Below, piece by piece: positions 38,515 to 48,202 of a DNA stretch of 64,000 bases. Within the stretch, counting starts at the first letter, position 1. The number at the start of each line of letters is the position of its first letter. The position numbers and the translations under genes are program-made. The notes beneath the pieces were generated by a model. It ran no database searches. It saw only the letters and a list, made by a program, of their open reading frames with translations, and was not told the DNA's origin. Origin of the DNA: Dehalococcoidia bacterium (GTDB taxonomy: Bacteria > Chloroflexota > Dehalococcoidia > Plut-88900); contig OZ240215.1 of NCBI GenBank assembly GCA_965197585.1, positions 512,001 to 576,000 on the forward strand. Direction: 5' to 3'.

Positions 38515-39417
38515 TTAGACTCTTGCTGGAATGGGCAAGTCCATGGTCTGCTTCACTACCTCGGCCATGATCTTGGCGCCCGTGGCTTCGTCCGGCCCGA
38601 TCAAAGGCAGCCTTGTCCCCCCGACGTCAAACCCGATCATTCGCATCGCATACTTTAGGGGGATCGGGTTGGATACGACAAACATGCTGTTTACCAGGGG
38701 CAGAAGCCTGCCGTGAATCTCCGCGGCGTCTGCATTGGCACCGCCTACGAAGCTGTCAATCATTTCCTTGATCTGAATCCCGACCAGGTGGGACAAAACG
38801 CTCACAACGCCGTATCCACCCAACGCCATGATCGGCAGGGTGTCGCCATCGTTCCCGCTCCACACCTTGAATGCGGGTCCTGCTCCCGAGATTATCTTCG
38901 TTATCTGTTCGAAGTCGGCGCTGGCTTCTTTAATGCCGACTATGTTGTCGATCTCGCTGAGCTTGACCACCGTGTCGGCCTGAATGTTCGTCACCGTGCG
39001 GCTCGGCACGTTGTAGATGATGCAAGGGAGGGACGTGCTTCTTGCTATGTAGGCAAAATGCTCGTACAGCCCGTCCTGCGGGGGCTTGTTGTAGTAGGGC
39101 ACTACTAACAGCGCACCATCCGCTCCCACCTTCTCCGCTTCTCGGGTAAGCTCCGCCGATTCGGCTGTGCAGTAGCTGCCCGACCCTGCTATTACCGACC
39201 CTCGGTCGCCAATCTCTGCCTTCACCTCTGCCCAGAGCCGGATCTTCTCCTCCGACGTAAGTGTCGGCGATTCCCCGGTTGTTCCCGTGACCACCAAGCC
39301 GTCACTGCCTGAGTCGATTAGGGCCGAGGCCAAGCGTTTCGCCGCGTTGTAGTCCACTTCTCCGGATTTATCAAATGGGGTCACCATCGCGGTGAGTAGT
39401 CTTCCTATCTCCACCAT
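38515..39417 (-). CDS. dapA: 4-hydroxy-tetrahydrodipicolinate synthase
   Basis: GTTGESPTL, PYYNKP, YNVPSRT, GIKEAS, NPIPLK. Confidence 0.97.
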   Translation of the reverse strand: MVEIGRLLTAMVTPFDKSGEVDYNAAKRLASALIDSGSDGLVVTGTTGESPTLTSEEKIRLWAEVKAEIGDRGSVIAGSGSYCTAESAELTREAEKVGADGALLVVPYYNKPPQDGLYEHFAYIARSTSLPCIIYNVPSRTVTNIQADTVVKLSEIDNIVGIKEASADFEQITKIISGAGPAFKVWSGNDGDTLPIMALGGYGVVSVLSHLVGIQIKEMIDSFVGGANADAAEIHGRLLPLVNSMFVVSNPIPLKYAMRMIGFDVGGTRLPLIGPDEATGAKIMAEVVKQTMDLPIPARV

Positions 39418-39525
39418 CTTTTCCCTCCCTTCACTACGCTGCAGTCACTAGCTGCCTTACGGCCTCCATTATGCACTATGCCGCCCGTGCTTAGTTGGCA
39501 GAGGGCGGCATAGCAACCTCAATTA

Positions 39526-40596
39526 CTAGAGAGATACGGCTCGGCCAACTGAAACGAGACCAGATGCTACAGACCCATTATCTTTCCCCGATACCAGTAT
39601 CTCGGCAATCTGCACCGTGTTCAGAGCCGCGCCCTTGCGAACGTTGTCTGCCACCACCCACATGGCAATACCGTTCGGGTGGGAGACATCTTTTCTGATC
39701 CGGCCCACGTAGACTTCGTCGGATCCTGCTGCTGAGGCAGGAAGCGGGTACTGGCTGGCTGCAGGGTTGTCTATTACTGTGACGCCCGGGGCACGGGCCA
39801 GTATTTCTCTTACCTCATCCGGGCTCATGGGGTCAGTGAGTTCCAGGTGTACGGCCTCGCTATGGCTCACGTAAACGGGCACCCGCACCGCAGTCGCCGA
39901 TATGGCCATCTCAGGAGCATGCATTATCTTGCGGGTCTCCTGCACTATCTTCCACTCTTCGTTGAAGTAGCCGTTATCCAGCAGTGTGTCGATTTCCGGT
40001 ATCACGTTGAATGCTATCGGGTGGGGCATCTTCTCGGCCTTGACCTCTCCCCCCGACACCGCTGCTTTTGTCTGATCCTCCAACTCCCGTACTCCGGCTT
40101 CCCCGGCCCCCGACACCGATTGATAGGTGTCTACGATGACCCTCTTGATCGGGTTTACCTGGTGGATCGGGTTCAGAGCCACGACCAGCTGAATCGTCGA
40201 GCAGTTAGGATTGGCGATTATTCCCCGGTGCTGAAGGGCGTCACTGCCGTTTACTTCGGGGACCACCAGGGGGACGGTCTCTTCCATCCTGAAAGCTTTG
40301 CTGTTGTCTACCACCACTGCCCCACATTCCGCCGCTATCGGAGAATACGTGCGGCTTACTCCCGACCCCGCTGAAAACAGCACGATGTCCACACCTTCGA
40401 ATGAACCTTCGTGCAGCCGTTCCACTTCCACCTCGTCGCCGTTGACCCGCATCCTTTTACCTTCGGATCGCTTCGAGGCCAGCAAGCGGATGGAGGACAT
40501 CGGGAAATTCCGTTCCTCCAGAATGCTGATGAACTGCCGGCCCACCAAGCCTGTGGCGCCGGCTATTGCTACGCTAGCTTCTCTTGACATATCCAT
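39526..40596 (-). CDS. asd: Aspartate-semialdehyde dehydrogenase
   Basis: GATGLVG, ANPNCST, YQSVSGAG, DNVRKGAALN. Confidence 0.97.
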   Translation of the reverse strand: MDMSREASVAIAGATGLVGRQFISILEERNFPMSSIRLLASKRSEGKRMRVNGDEVEVERLHEGSFEGVDIVLFSAGSGVSRTYSPIAAECGAVVVDNSKAFRMEETVPLVVPEVNGSDALQHRGIIANPNCSTIQLVVALNPIHQVNPIKRVIVDTYQSVSGAGEAGVRELEDQTKAAVSGGEVKAEKMPHPIAFNVIPEIDTLLDNGYFNEEWKIVQETRKIMHAPEMAISATAVRVPVYVSHSEAVHLELTDPMSPDEVREILARAPGVTVIDNPAASQYPLPASAAGSDEVYVGRIRKDVSHPNGIAMWVVADNVRKGAALNTVQIAEILVSGKDNGSVASGLVSVGRAVSL

Positions 40597-40660
40597 TTCT
40601 CAGACCTCGGCGCGTGGCGCGTTCGTATCTACAGAGTGAAATAATAGAACCTGGCAGGAT

Positions 40661-41461
40661 TTAGTCAAGGCCCAGAAGGGCGTCGAGTCCGAAGACTATC
40701 CCTACCCGCTTGGGCGCAGCCTCCAGCGCCATGAGCACGCCCGGCATGTAGCAAAGCCTGCCAGAGGTGTCGTGCCGGATGGTTAGGGTCTGGCCCAGAC
40801 CTCCGAATATCACCTCCTGGTGAGCCACCGAGCCCTGGGGCCTCAGACTGTGCACGGCCACTCCACCGATTTCTGCACCTCGGGACCCGGCCATGTTGAC
40901 CTTCTCAGTTACCGAAAGTTTGAACGGTTTGCCCTTGGCCTTCACCATATCTTCCGCAGTCGCCAGCGCCGTGCCGGATGGAGCGTCTATCTTTGTCTCG
41001 TGGTGTCGCTCGATGACCTCTGCGTAGTCGAAGTACTTGCTCGCAATCTTGGACATGTGGATCATCAGAACCGCCCCCAGGGCGAAATTCGGCGCTATCA
41101 CCCCACCCACCCCATGCTGTTGGCACAGCGCGTCCAGCTCCAACACTTGCTCCCCCGTCAACCCGGAGGTTCCTATCACAACGTGCACACCGTTCTCTAT
41201 GGCATATCGTGCCGTCGCGAGGGCACCCTCAGCCTGGCTAAAGTCCACCACTACGTCGGGCTTGACGTGTTGAAGAAGGGATGGAAAGTCCAGAGTGTGG
41301 GGCACAGTCCCCGAGTTATCTGGAAGCGATAAGGGCGAGCCGTCGGCGTCCAGGGAGACTGCACCCTCCACGCGCATCTCTGGATGGTTGCATACTGCGG
41401 AGAGTATCTCCGTGCCTACGCGACCGGTTGCCCCTTGAACAGCTACTTTGAGAATTGCCAC
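40661..41461 (-). CDS. dapB: 4-hydroxy-tetrahydrodipicolinate reductase
   Basis: GATGRVG, APNFALG, ERHHETKIDAPSGTA. Confidence 0.97.
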   Translation of the reverse strand: MAILKVAVQGATGRVGTEILSAVCNHPEMRVEGAVSLDADGSPLSLPDNSGTVPHTLDFPSLLQHVKPDVVVDFSQAEGALATARYAIENGVHVVIGTSGLTGEQVLELDALCQQHGVGGVIAPNFALGAVLMIHMSKIASKYFDYAEVIERHHETKIDAPSGTALATAEDMVKAKGKPFKLSVTEKVNMAGSRGAEIGGVAVHSLRPQGSVAHQEVIFGGLGQTLTIRHDTSGRLCYMPGVLMALEAAPKRVGIVFGLDALLGLD

Positions 41462-41493
41462 GGCGTTTCCTCCCTGGTCTCAGGGTTGCCGTG

Positions 41494-43746
41494 CTACCGT
41501 CTCCGGTCCCGGTTCCCCGAAAATCTGCTCTGCGGCCTGTCGCCACGTGGCGGACGCCGGTCTTGGGGTCCCCTGTCCCGGTTACCTGACCTGTAGCCCC
41601 CGCCCGACCCAGAATTGCGGTCTCCCGAATTAGATCGACCGCCTTCTGGTCCCAGTCCCGATCCGCCTTCCAGCACGGCTCTGCGGGACAGATTTATCCG
41701 CCCCATCGAGTCTATCTCAGTTACCAGCACCGCGACCTCATCCCCCACTTTAACCTCGTCCTCCACCGACTCTACCCGGTAGTCAGCCAGTTCGCTGATA
41801 TGCACCAGCCCGTCCTTGCCCGGCAGAATCTCCACGAACGCCCCGAAGTTCATAATCCGCACAACTTTGCCAGTGTACTGCTCTCCTACCTCAACCTCTT
41901 TGGTCAAACCTCTTATCATATCCGCAGCCTGTTTGGCAGCTTCGGCGTTGGACGATCCGATTATCACGGTGCCGTCGTCCTCAACGTCTATGGTCGCCCC
42001 AGTAGTCTCGACGATCGACCTTATGGTCTTGCCACCTGGCCCGATCACCAGTCCTATCTTCTCTTTGTCTATGGTTACCTTCGTCATACGCGGGGCGTAC
42101 TCGCTGAGATCCGGACGGGCCTGCTGAATAGTCTTATTCATCAGGTCCAGGACGTGCATCCGGCCTGCAACGGCCTGTTTGAGGGCTTTCTCCATTATTT
42201 CGAAGCTGAGCCCTTTGATCTTCAGGTCCATCTGCCAGCCCGTCATCCCCTTGGAGGTGCCGGCAACCTTGAAGTCCATGTCTCCCATGAAGTCCTCGAT
42301 GCCCGCTATGTCCGTCAGCACCGAGTATCGGCCGTTCTCATCGGTGATCAGGCCCATGGCCACACCAGCCACCGGACGGGATATCGGCACGCCTGCGTCC
42401 ATGAGTGCCAGACTGCTGCCACAAACGCTGGCCATCGAAGTGCTGCCGTTCGAGCTGAGGGCTTCCGAGACCAGTCTTATGGCGTAAGGGAAGTCCTCTT
42501 CACTGGGTATCACGGGAATGAGCGACTTCTCGGCCAAGGCCCCGTGGCCTATCTCCCTTCGCCCCGGCGAACCTATCCTTCCCGTCTCCCCCACACTGTA
42601 GGGCGGGAAGTTGTAGTGGTGCATGAACCGCTTTCTGGTGTGCTGGCTGATATTGTCAATCTTCTGGGCATCGCCGGCGGACGAAAGGGTCGTCACCGAT
42701 AGCACTTGGGTCTGGCCCCGGGTGAATAGCCCGCTGCCGTGAGTCCTTGGAAGTAACCCCACCTCGCATTCGATATGACGAAACTCTTCCAGATCTCGGC
42801 CATCCGGCCTTGTACCCGTGTCCAGGATGTTCGTTCGGACTATCTTCTTCACCTGCGCCCGCACCACATCCCCCACTGCCTCACCGGGGAACTTATCCGC
42901 CAGTATGGAGGCAGCTTCCTTCTCCAAGTCCTCTATCGCCGACTCCCGCTCCTCACGCCTAACCACCTTGCTGGTCGACCTCAGCCGTTCGCCGACCAGG
43001 TCCAGCACCGCCTTTTCAAGTGTGGGGTTAGTAGCCGCTGTCGCGGACAACTTCATCTTGGTCTTACCGCAGGCCGAGACCATCTCTTCCTGCAGATCGA
43101 TGACTATTAGATTGGCTTCCTGCCCGAACTTCACGGCTTCTAGGACCAGGTCATCGGGCAACTCGTTGACGCCTGCCTCCACCATCACTACCGCATCCTT
43201 ATTCCCGACGACCACCAAGTCTAGATCGCTCTTAAGAAGTTGAGTATAGGTGGGGTTCAGCACGAATTCCCCGTCGATGTAACCCACCCGGGACCCGCCG
43301 ATCGGCCCGTCGAACGGTATCTCCGATATGGAAAGCGCAGCGGACGCCCCGATTGTCGCCGGTATCGAGGGCTCGTGTTCCCGGTCTGTCGAAAGCACGG
43401 TGGCGATTATCTGGACGTCGTTGCGTAATCCCTTGGGGAAAAGTGGCCTAAGCGGCCGGTCGATCATTCGCCCGGTGAGTATGGCATCGACCCCCGGTCT
43501 CCCTTCTCTTTTGAAGAAGCTGCCGGGAATCTTGCCGGCCGCGTAGTGTCGTTCTTCCAAGTCGATGGTCAGAGGGAGGAAGTCGATGCCGGGTCGGGGT
43601 TGCGCCGATACGCAGGCAGTTACCAGGACTACGGTGTCGCCATATACGACAGTGACCGAGCCGTGGGCCTGATTTGCGAGCTTCCCTGTGCCTAGATAAA
43701 GGGGTAGGCCGCCCAAGTCTCGTTGAAAGGTTTTAGCTGATGTCAA
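41494..43746 (-). CDS. pnp: Polyribonucleotide nucleotidyltransferase
   Basis: Two RNase PH domains, RREIGHG, SNGSTSMAS, GDMDFKVAG, KH and S1 domains. Confidence 0.98.
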   Translation of the reverse strand: MTSAKTFQRDLGGLPLYLGTGKLANQAHGSVTVVYGDTVVLVTACVSAQPRPGIDFLPLTIDLEERHYAAGKIPGSFFKREGRPGVDAILTGRMIDRPLRPLFPKGLRNDVQIIATVLSTDREHEPSIPATIGASAALSISEIPFDGPIGGSRVGYIDGEFVLNPTYTQLLKSDLDLVVVGNKDAVVMVEAGVNELPDDLVLEAVKFGQEANLIVIDLQEEMVSACGKTKMKLSATAATNPTLEKAVLDLVGERLRSTSKVVRREERESAIEDLEKEAASILADKFPGEAVGDVVRAQVKKIVRTNILDTGTRPDGRDLEEFRHIECEVGLLPRTHGSGLFTRGQTQVLSVTTLSSAGDAQKIDNISQHTRKRFMHHYNFPPYSVGETGRIGSPGRREIGHGALAEKSLIPVIPSEEDFPYAIRLVSEALSSNGSTSMASVCGSSLALMDAGVPISRPVAGVAMGLITDENGRYSVLTDIAGIEDFMGDMDFKVAGTSKGMTGWQMDLKIKGLSFEIMEKALKQAVAGRMHVLDLMNKTIQQARPDLSEYAPRMTKVTIDKEKIGLVIGPGGKTIRSIVETTGATIDVEDDGTVIIGSSNAEAAKQAADMIRGLTKEVEVGEQYTGKVVRIMNFGAFVEILPGKDGLVHISELADYRVESVEDEVKVGDEVAVLVTEIDSMGRINLSRRAVLEGGSGLGPEGGRSNSGDRNSGSGGGYRSGNRDRGPQDRRPPRGDRPQSRFSGNRDRRR

Positions 43747-43775
43747 GTATGGTCCGTATCAGGCCGTCCACAGAT

Positions 43776-44039
43776 CTATCTTCTCAGTCCCAACCTGGAG
43801 ATCATGGAGCGGTAGCGCGCCACATCCTCACGGTTCAGGTACTCGAGAAGCCGCCTGCGCTGGCCAACAAGTTTAAGCAGACCCCGCTGGCTGTGATAAT
43901 CGTGCTTGTGAATTCTCAGATGCCCGGTGATAGACCCTATCCTGTTTGTCAGTAGGGCTATCTGCACTTCTGCCGACCCTGAGTCGCTTTCGTGAAGCTG
44001 GTACGAACCGATTATTTCTTGCTTTAGCTGTGGGTCCAA
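43776..44039 (-). CDS. rpsO: 30S ribosomal protein S15
   Basis: [29 protein letters not shown]; AGGAG SD. Confidence 0.97.
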   Translation of the reverse strand: MDPQLKQEIIGSYQLHESDSGSAEVQIALLTNRIGSITGHLRIHKHDYHSQRGLLKLVGQRRRLLEYLNREDVARYRSMISRLGLRR

Positions 44040-44069
44040 AAAATCTAAATCTCCTAGTTTTCGGGGCGC

Positions 44070-44098
44070 AGTATAACACAGCCCCTATACCCGCGCAA
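44070..44098 (-). promoter_or_regulatory. rpsO promoter
   Basis: TTGCGC-17 bp-TATACT with an extended TG. Confidence 0.65.
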
Positions 44099-44351
44099 AA
44101 CCTCCTTGTCCTCAACCTCTGACCATTCTTCATATCGCTGACGATGTGTCAAAATATGTACTGGTTGCTTGACTCTTCCAATAATTGCCTGGGGACATCC
44201 ACTTCTTTTCGGACGTGAAAAACACACTGCGTTTGTCCATTTCCACATTAACCTCTCTGGGAATGGGCAGAGGAACATCCTTATCCCCTTGCATTCCGAA
44301 TCATAAACCCCATACAATGCCTTATCCTCATTGCGGTAACGTTGCCTTACC

Positions 44352-44380
44352 TTTACACCCCACCAAGCGTTAAATATAAT
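44352..44380 (+). promoter_or_regulatory. rpsA promoter
   Basis: TTTACA-17 bp-TATAAT, 13 nt before the ATG. Confidence 0.7.
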
Positions 44381-44393
44381 TGAATACAAGCTT

Positions 44394-45593
44394 ATGAATG
44401 ATTCCGAAGGACAAGAGACCGAACCCCAGGACAGTTCCTCCTACGGAATGCAGCAACTGCTGGACGAGGCCGAAAACGTCGCCACCATTAGACGCGGCGA
44501 CATAGTCAAGGGCGTCATCGTTCAGAAAGACCGCGAGGGCCTCCTGGTCGATATCGGCGCAAAGACCGAAGGCATGGTCCCCGTCCGTGAGATGCGCACC
44601 TTCTCCGCCGAGGAGATCGAGGCCCTTAGCCTCGGTGACGACGTCCTAGTATACGTAGTCCAGTCCGACGAGAGCGAAGGCCAGATATACCTCTCCGTGG
44701 ACCGCGCCCAAGGCGAGAAGGGCTGGCACGTCCTCCAGGAGAACTTCGATAACGGAGACGTCATAGAGGGCGAGGCCGTTGACTTCAACAAAGGGGGCCT
44801 CCTGGTCAACGTAGAGGGCGTGCGGGGCTTCGTCCCCATGTCGCAGCTGTCCAGACCCATCGTCTTCGATCCCTCTGCCGACCCAAACCGCAATCCGCTA
44901 TCCGACCTCGTAGGCAATAAGCTAAAGCTAAGAGTCATCGAAATCAACCGGCGTCGCAACCGCCTCATCCTTTCCGAAAAGCAGGTAATGCGGCAGCAGA
45001 GGGAAGAGCAACGGCAAGCTCTCTTCGCTGAATTGGAGACCGGCCAGGTCCGCAAAGGGCGAGTTACTGGCATTCGGGAATTCGGCGCATTCGTCGACAT
45101 CGGCGGGGTCGATGGCCTAGTTCACCTCTCTGAGTTCTCTTGGGGCCAGGTAGAGCCTCCCGAAAAATCCCTCGCCATCGGCGACGAGGTGGACGTTTTT
45201 GTCCTTAGAGTAGACCGAGAGTCCATGAAAGTCGCCCTGAGCTTCCGGCGCCTCCATCCCGAGCCTTGGGAGTCAATCCACGAAAAATATCACGTTGGTC
45301 AGACCGTCACCGCCACTGTCACCAAGGTCACCACTTTTGGAGCCTTTGCACGGCTAGACCCCGCGATAGAAGGGCTAGTCCATATTTCAGAGCTAAGTGA
45401 CGGCCCTGTGCGTCACCCCTCCGACATCGTCTCCGAGGGCCAGGAGTTGACCCTTAAAATCTTGAGAATAGAGCCCGAAAGAAGACGCCTCGCCCTCAGC
45501 CTTAAGCAGGTCGGATCATACGGTTTCGCTGAGCGCTACCGGGATGAGTTCTACGGCTCGTCCGACATGGGGGACGGAGATTACGACGACTAG
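44394..45593 (+). CDS. rpsA: 30S ribosomal protein S1 (four S1 domains)
   Basis: Repeats VDIGAKTEG, GVRGFVPMSQ, FGAFVDIGGVDGLVHLSE, FGAFARL..IEGLVHISE. Confidence 0.9.
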   Translation: MNDSEGQETEPQDSSSYGMQQLLDEAENVATIRRGDIVKGVIVQKDREGLLVDIGAKTEGMVPVREMRTFSAEEIEALSLGDDVLVYVVQSDESEGQIYLSVDRAQGEKGWHVLQENFDNGDVIEGEAVDFNKGGLLVNVEGVRGFVPMSQLSRPIVFDPSADPNRNPLSDLVGNKLKLRVIEINRRRNRLILSEKQVMRQQREEQRQALFAELETGQVRKGRVTGIREFGAFVDIGGVDGLVHLSEFSWGQVEPPEKSLAIGDEVDVFVLRVDRESMKVALSFRRLHPEPWESIHEKYHVGQTVTATVTKVTTFGAFARLDPAIEGLVHISELSDGPVRHPSDIVSEGQELTLKILRIEPERRRLALSLKQVGSYGFAERYRDEFYGSSDMGDGDYDD

Positions 45594-45649
45594 TACGGCA
45601 ATAACCCACTTATTGGACGTAGTAACCTTCGTCCAGTTGGGAGCGTCAC

Positions 45650-48106
45650 ATGGCCAGTAGATTTGAGAAGTTTTCCGAAAGCGCCCGAAAAGTCCTTTCC
45701 CTGGCGCAAGAGGAAGCCCAACAGTTTAACCACAACTATATAGGCACCGAGCATATTCTCCTGGGTTTGGTTAGGGAACAAGAGTGTGTCGCTGCCAAAG
45801 TATTGGTTAATCTCGGCGTACAGCTCAACAAGGTCAGGTCTGCCGTCGAGTTCATCATCGGTCGTGGGGAGAGAGCTGCCAGCGGCGAGATCGGTCTCAC
45901 TCCCCGGGCCAAAAAGGTCATTGAGCTCTCCGTAGACGAAGCCCGACGCCTCAACCATCAGTACATTGGCACCGAGCATCTCCTCATCGGACTCCTCCGG
46001 GAGGGTGATGGAGTAGCAGCCGGTGTCCTTGAAAGCCTAGGCGTCAATCTCGAAAAAGCCCGCGCCGAGACCACCCGGCTCCTCAGCCAGTCTCAGTCCC
46101 AGGCACAATCCTCTCGTGGCGCCGCCCGGACCCCGACCCTTGACCAGCTGGGCGTCGACTTAACACAGAAGGCCAGGAACGGGGTTTTGGATCCCGTTAT
46201 CGGACGCAGTAAAGAAATCGAAAGGGTCATACAGATCCTCAGTCGGCGAACCAAGAACAACCCTGTTCTCATAGGCGAGCCGGGTGTGGGCAAGAGCTCC
46301 ATTGTCGAGGCCCTTGCCCAGCAAATTGCGTCATCTGATGTCCCAGATACCCTACAGGGGAAACGCTTGGTCACCCTTGACGTCGGCGCCCTGGTAGCTG
46401 GAACCAAGTACCGCGGTGAGTTCGAAGAGCGCCTTCGCAAGGTGATCGATGAGATAAAGAGCTCCGGCAACTGTGTCCTATTTATTGATGAAATGCACAC
46501 CATCGTTGGCGCAGGTGCCGCCGAAGGCGCAGTAGACGCCGCCAACATGCTCAAGCCCGCCCTTGCCCGCGGCGAACTCCAGTGTATCGGTGCTACTACC
46601 CTGGACGACTACCGTAAGCAGGTGGAAAGGGACCCTGCCCTGGAACGCCGTTTCCAGCCCATCAGGGTAGAGGAACCCTCAGTTGAGGAGACCGTAGAAA
46701 TCCTCCGAGGCCTGAAGACCCGCTATGAGGACCACCACGACCTGAATATCACCGACGAAGCGATCCAGGAGGCTGCTAACCTCGCCTCCCGATATATCAC
46801 TGACCGCTTCCTTCCGGACAAGGGCATAGACGTTATAGACGAAGCTTCCTCCCGAGTTCGTATCCGCAACTCGACCATGCCCGTCTACCTCAAAGATGCC
46901 ATGATTGCTCTTGAATCGGTCAAGAAGGACAAGGAGACTGCCATCCAGTCTCAGAAGTACGAGGCTGCTGCCCAACTACGGGAGCAGGAGTTGTCCCTCG
47001 CCGATGAGTTGGAAGGCATGGAGACCGAGTGGAAGTCCGAGCGGACCCAGGACAGGCCTAATGTCACCGCCGACGATGTTGCCGAGGTCGTCAGCATGTG
47101 GACGGGCATTCCCGTCACCCGGCTCGCCACCGAGGAAATCGAGCGCCTCCTCAAAATGGAAGAGGCCCTTCACGAAAAGATCATCGGCCAGGACGAGGCT
47201 ATCAATGTCGTTGCAAAGGCCGTACGCAGGGCGCGGGCCGGTCTCAAGGACCGCCGCCGGCCCATAGGAAACTTCATCTTCCTCGGCCCCACCGGTGTTG
47301 GCAAGACCTATCTGGTCCGTGCCCTCGCCGAGTTCATGTTCGGATCCGAGGAGTCCCTCATCAGGATCGACATGTCCGAGTTCATGGAGCGCCACGCCGT
47401 CGCTCGATTGGTCGGCGCTCCTCCCGGATACATCGGCTATGAGGAGGGTGGTCAGCTCACCGAGGCAGTCCGCCGACGCTCTTACTCGGCCATCCTTCTG
47501 GACGAAATCGAGAAGGCTCACCCGGACGTCTTCAACTTGCTCCTCCAGATATTCGATGATGGCCATTTGACCGATGCCAAAGGCCGCAAAGTCGACTTCC
47601 GGAACAGCATTGTCGTCATGACAAGCAACATCGGCGCCGAGCTTATTAAGCGCGATAACTCCCTCGGCTTCTCGATCACAATGGATGAAAATGAGGCCTC
47701 CCGCGAGTCATACGAGCGGATGAAGGACAAGGTCCTTACCGAGGTCAAGCGCTTCTTCCGACCTGAGTTCCTTAACCGTATCGATGGCATAGTGGTATTC
47801 CACGCCCTCACCAGGGATCACATTCTGCAGATCGTGGACCTCCTCCTTGATGAGGTACGGGCCAATCTGACCGAAAAGGGCGTCAGTCTGGAGATTTCCG
47901 ATGGCGCGAAGGAGCTCCTCGCAGTCCGGGGCTACGATCCCACCTTCGGTGCCAGACCTCTGAAACGCGTCATTCAGGATGTCGTCGAAGACCCCCTATC
48001 CGAGCAACTGCTGCAGGGTCGTTTTGGCCCCGGAGACACTGTCTTCATTGATGTCGATGGCGGGGAGATCACCGTCGGCCCCGTCGCCGAGCTGGCTAAA
48101 ACCTAA
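45650..48106 (+). CDS. clpC: ATP-dependent Clp protease ATP-binding subunit ClpC
   Basis: Two Clp-N repeats, GEPGVGKS, UVR-type middle domain, GPTGVGKT, LGF loop. Confidence 0.96.
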   Translation: MASRFEKFSESARKVLSLAQEEAQQFNHNYIGTEHILLGLVREQECVAAKVLVNLGVQLNKVRSAVEFIIGRGERAASGEIGLTPRAKKVIELSVDEARRLNHQYIGTEHLLIGLLREGDGVAAGVLESLGVNLEKARAETTRLLSQSQSQAQSSRGAARTPTLDQLGVDLTQKARNGVLDPVIGRSKEIERVIQILSRRTKNNPVLIGEPGVGKSSIVEALAQQIASSDVPDTLQGKRLVTLDVGALVAGTKYRGEFEERLRKVIDEIKSSGNCVLFIDEMHTIVGAGAAEGAVDAANMLKPALARGELQCIGATTLDDYRKQVERDPALERRFQPIRVEEPSVEETVEILRGLKTRYEDHHDLNITDEAIQEAANLASRYITDRFLPDKGIDVIDEASSRVRIRNSTMPVYLKDAMIALESVKKDKETAIQSQKYEAAAQLREQELSLADELEGMETEWKSERTQDRPNVTADDVAEVVSMWTGIPVTRLATEEIERLLKMEEALHEKIIGQDEAINVVAKAVRRARAGLKDRRRPIGNFIFLGPTGVGKTYLVRALAEFMFGSEESLIRIDMSEFMERHAVARLVGAPPGYIGYEEGGQLTEAVRRRSYSAILLDEIEKAHPDVFNLLLQIFDDGHLTDAKGRKVDFRNSIVVMTSNIGAELIKRDNSLGFSITMDENEASRESYERMKDKVLTEVKRFFRPEFLNRIDGIVVFHALTRDHILQIVDLLLDEVRANLTEKGVSLEISDGAKELLAVRGYDPTFGARPLKRVIQDVVEDPLSEQLLQGRFGPGDTVFIDVDGGEITVGPVAELAKT

Positions 48107-48135
48107 GCCACGCCCCCTGGTTAATTTGAGAATCT

Positions 48136-48170
48136 GGAGGGAAGCCCCACGGGGCTTCCCTCCTTTATTT
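48136..48170 (+). terminator. Intrinsic terminator after clpC
   Basis: GGAGGGAAGCCCC-AC-GGGGCTTCCCTCC-TTTATTT. Confidence 0.85.
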
Positions 48171-48202
48171 CACCTCTAACCACGCCGTAACCACACAAGC
48201 CA

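Noticed and set aside
39418-39525. Possible lysine riboswitch or attenuator near asd/dapA
   Set aside because: Too short, no L-box motifs and no Lys-rich leader; only a single hairpin.
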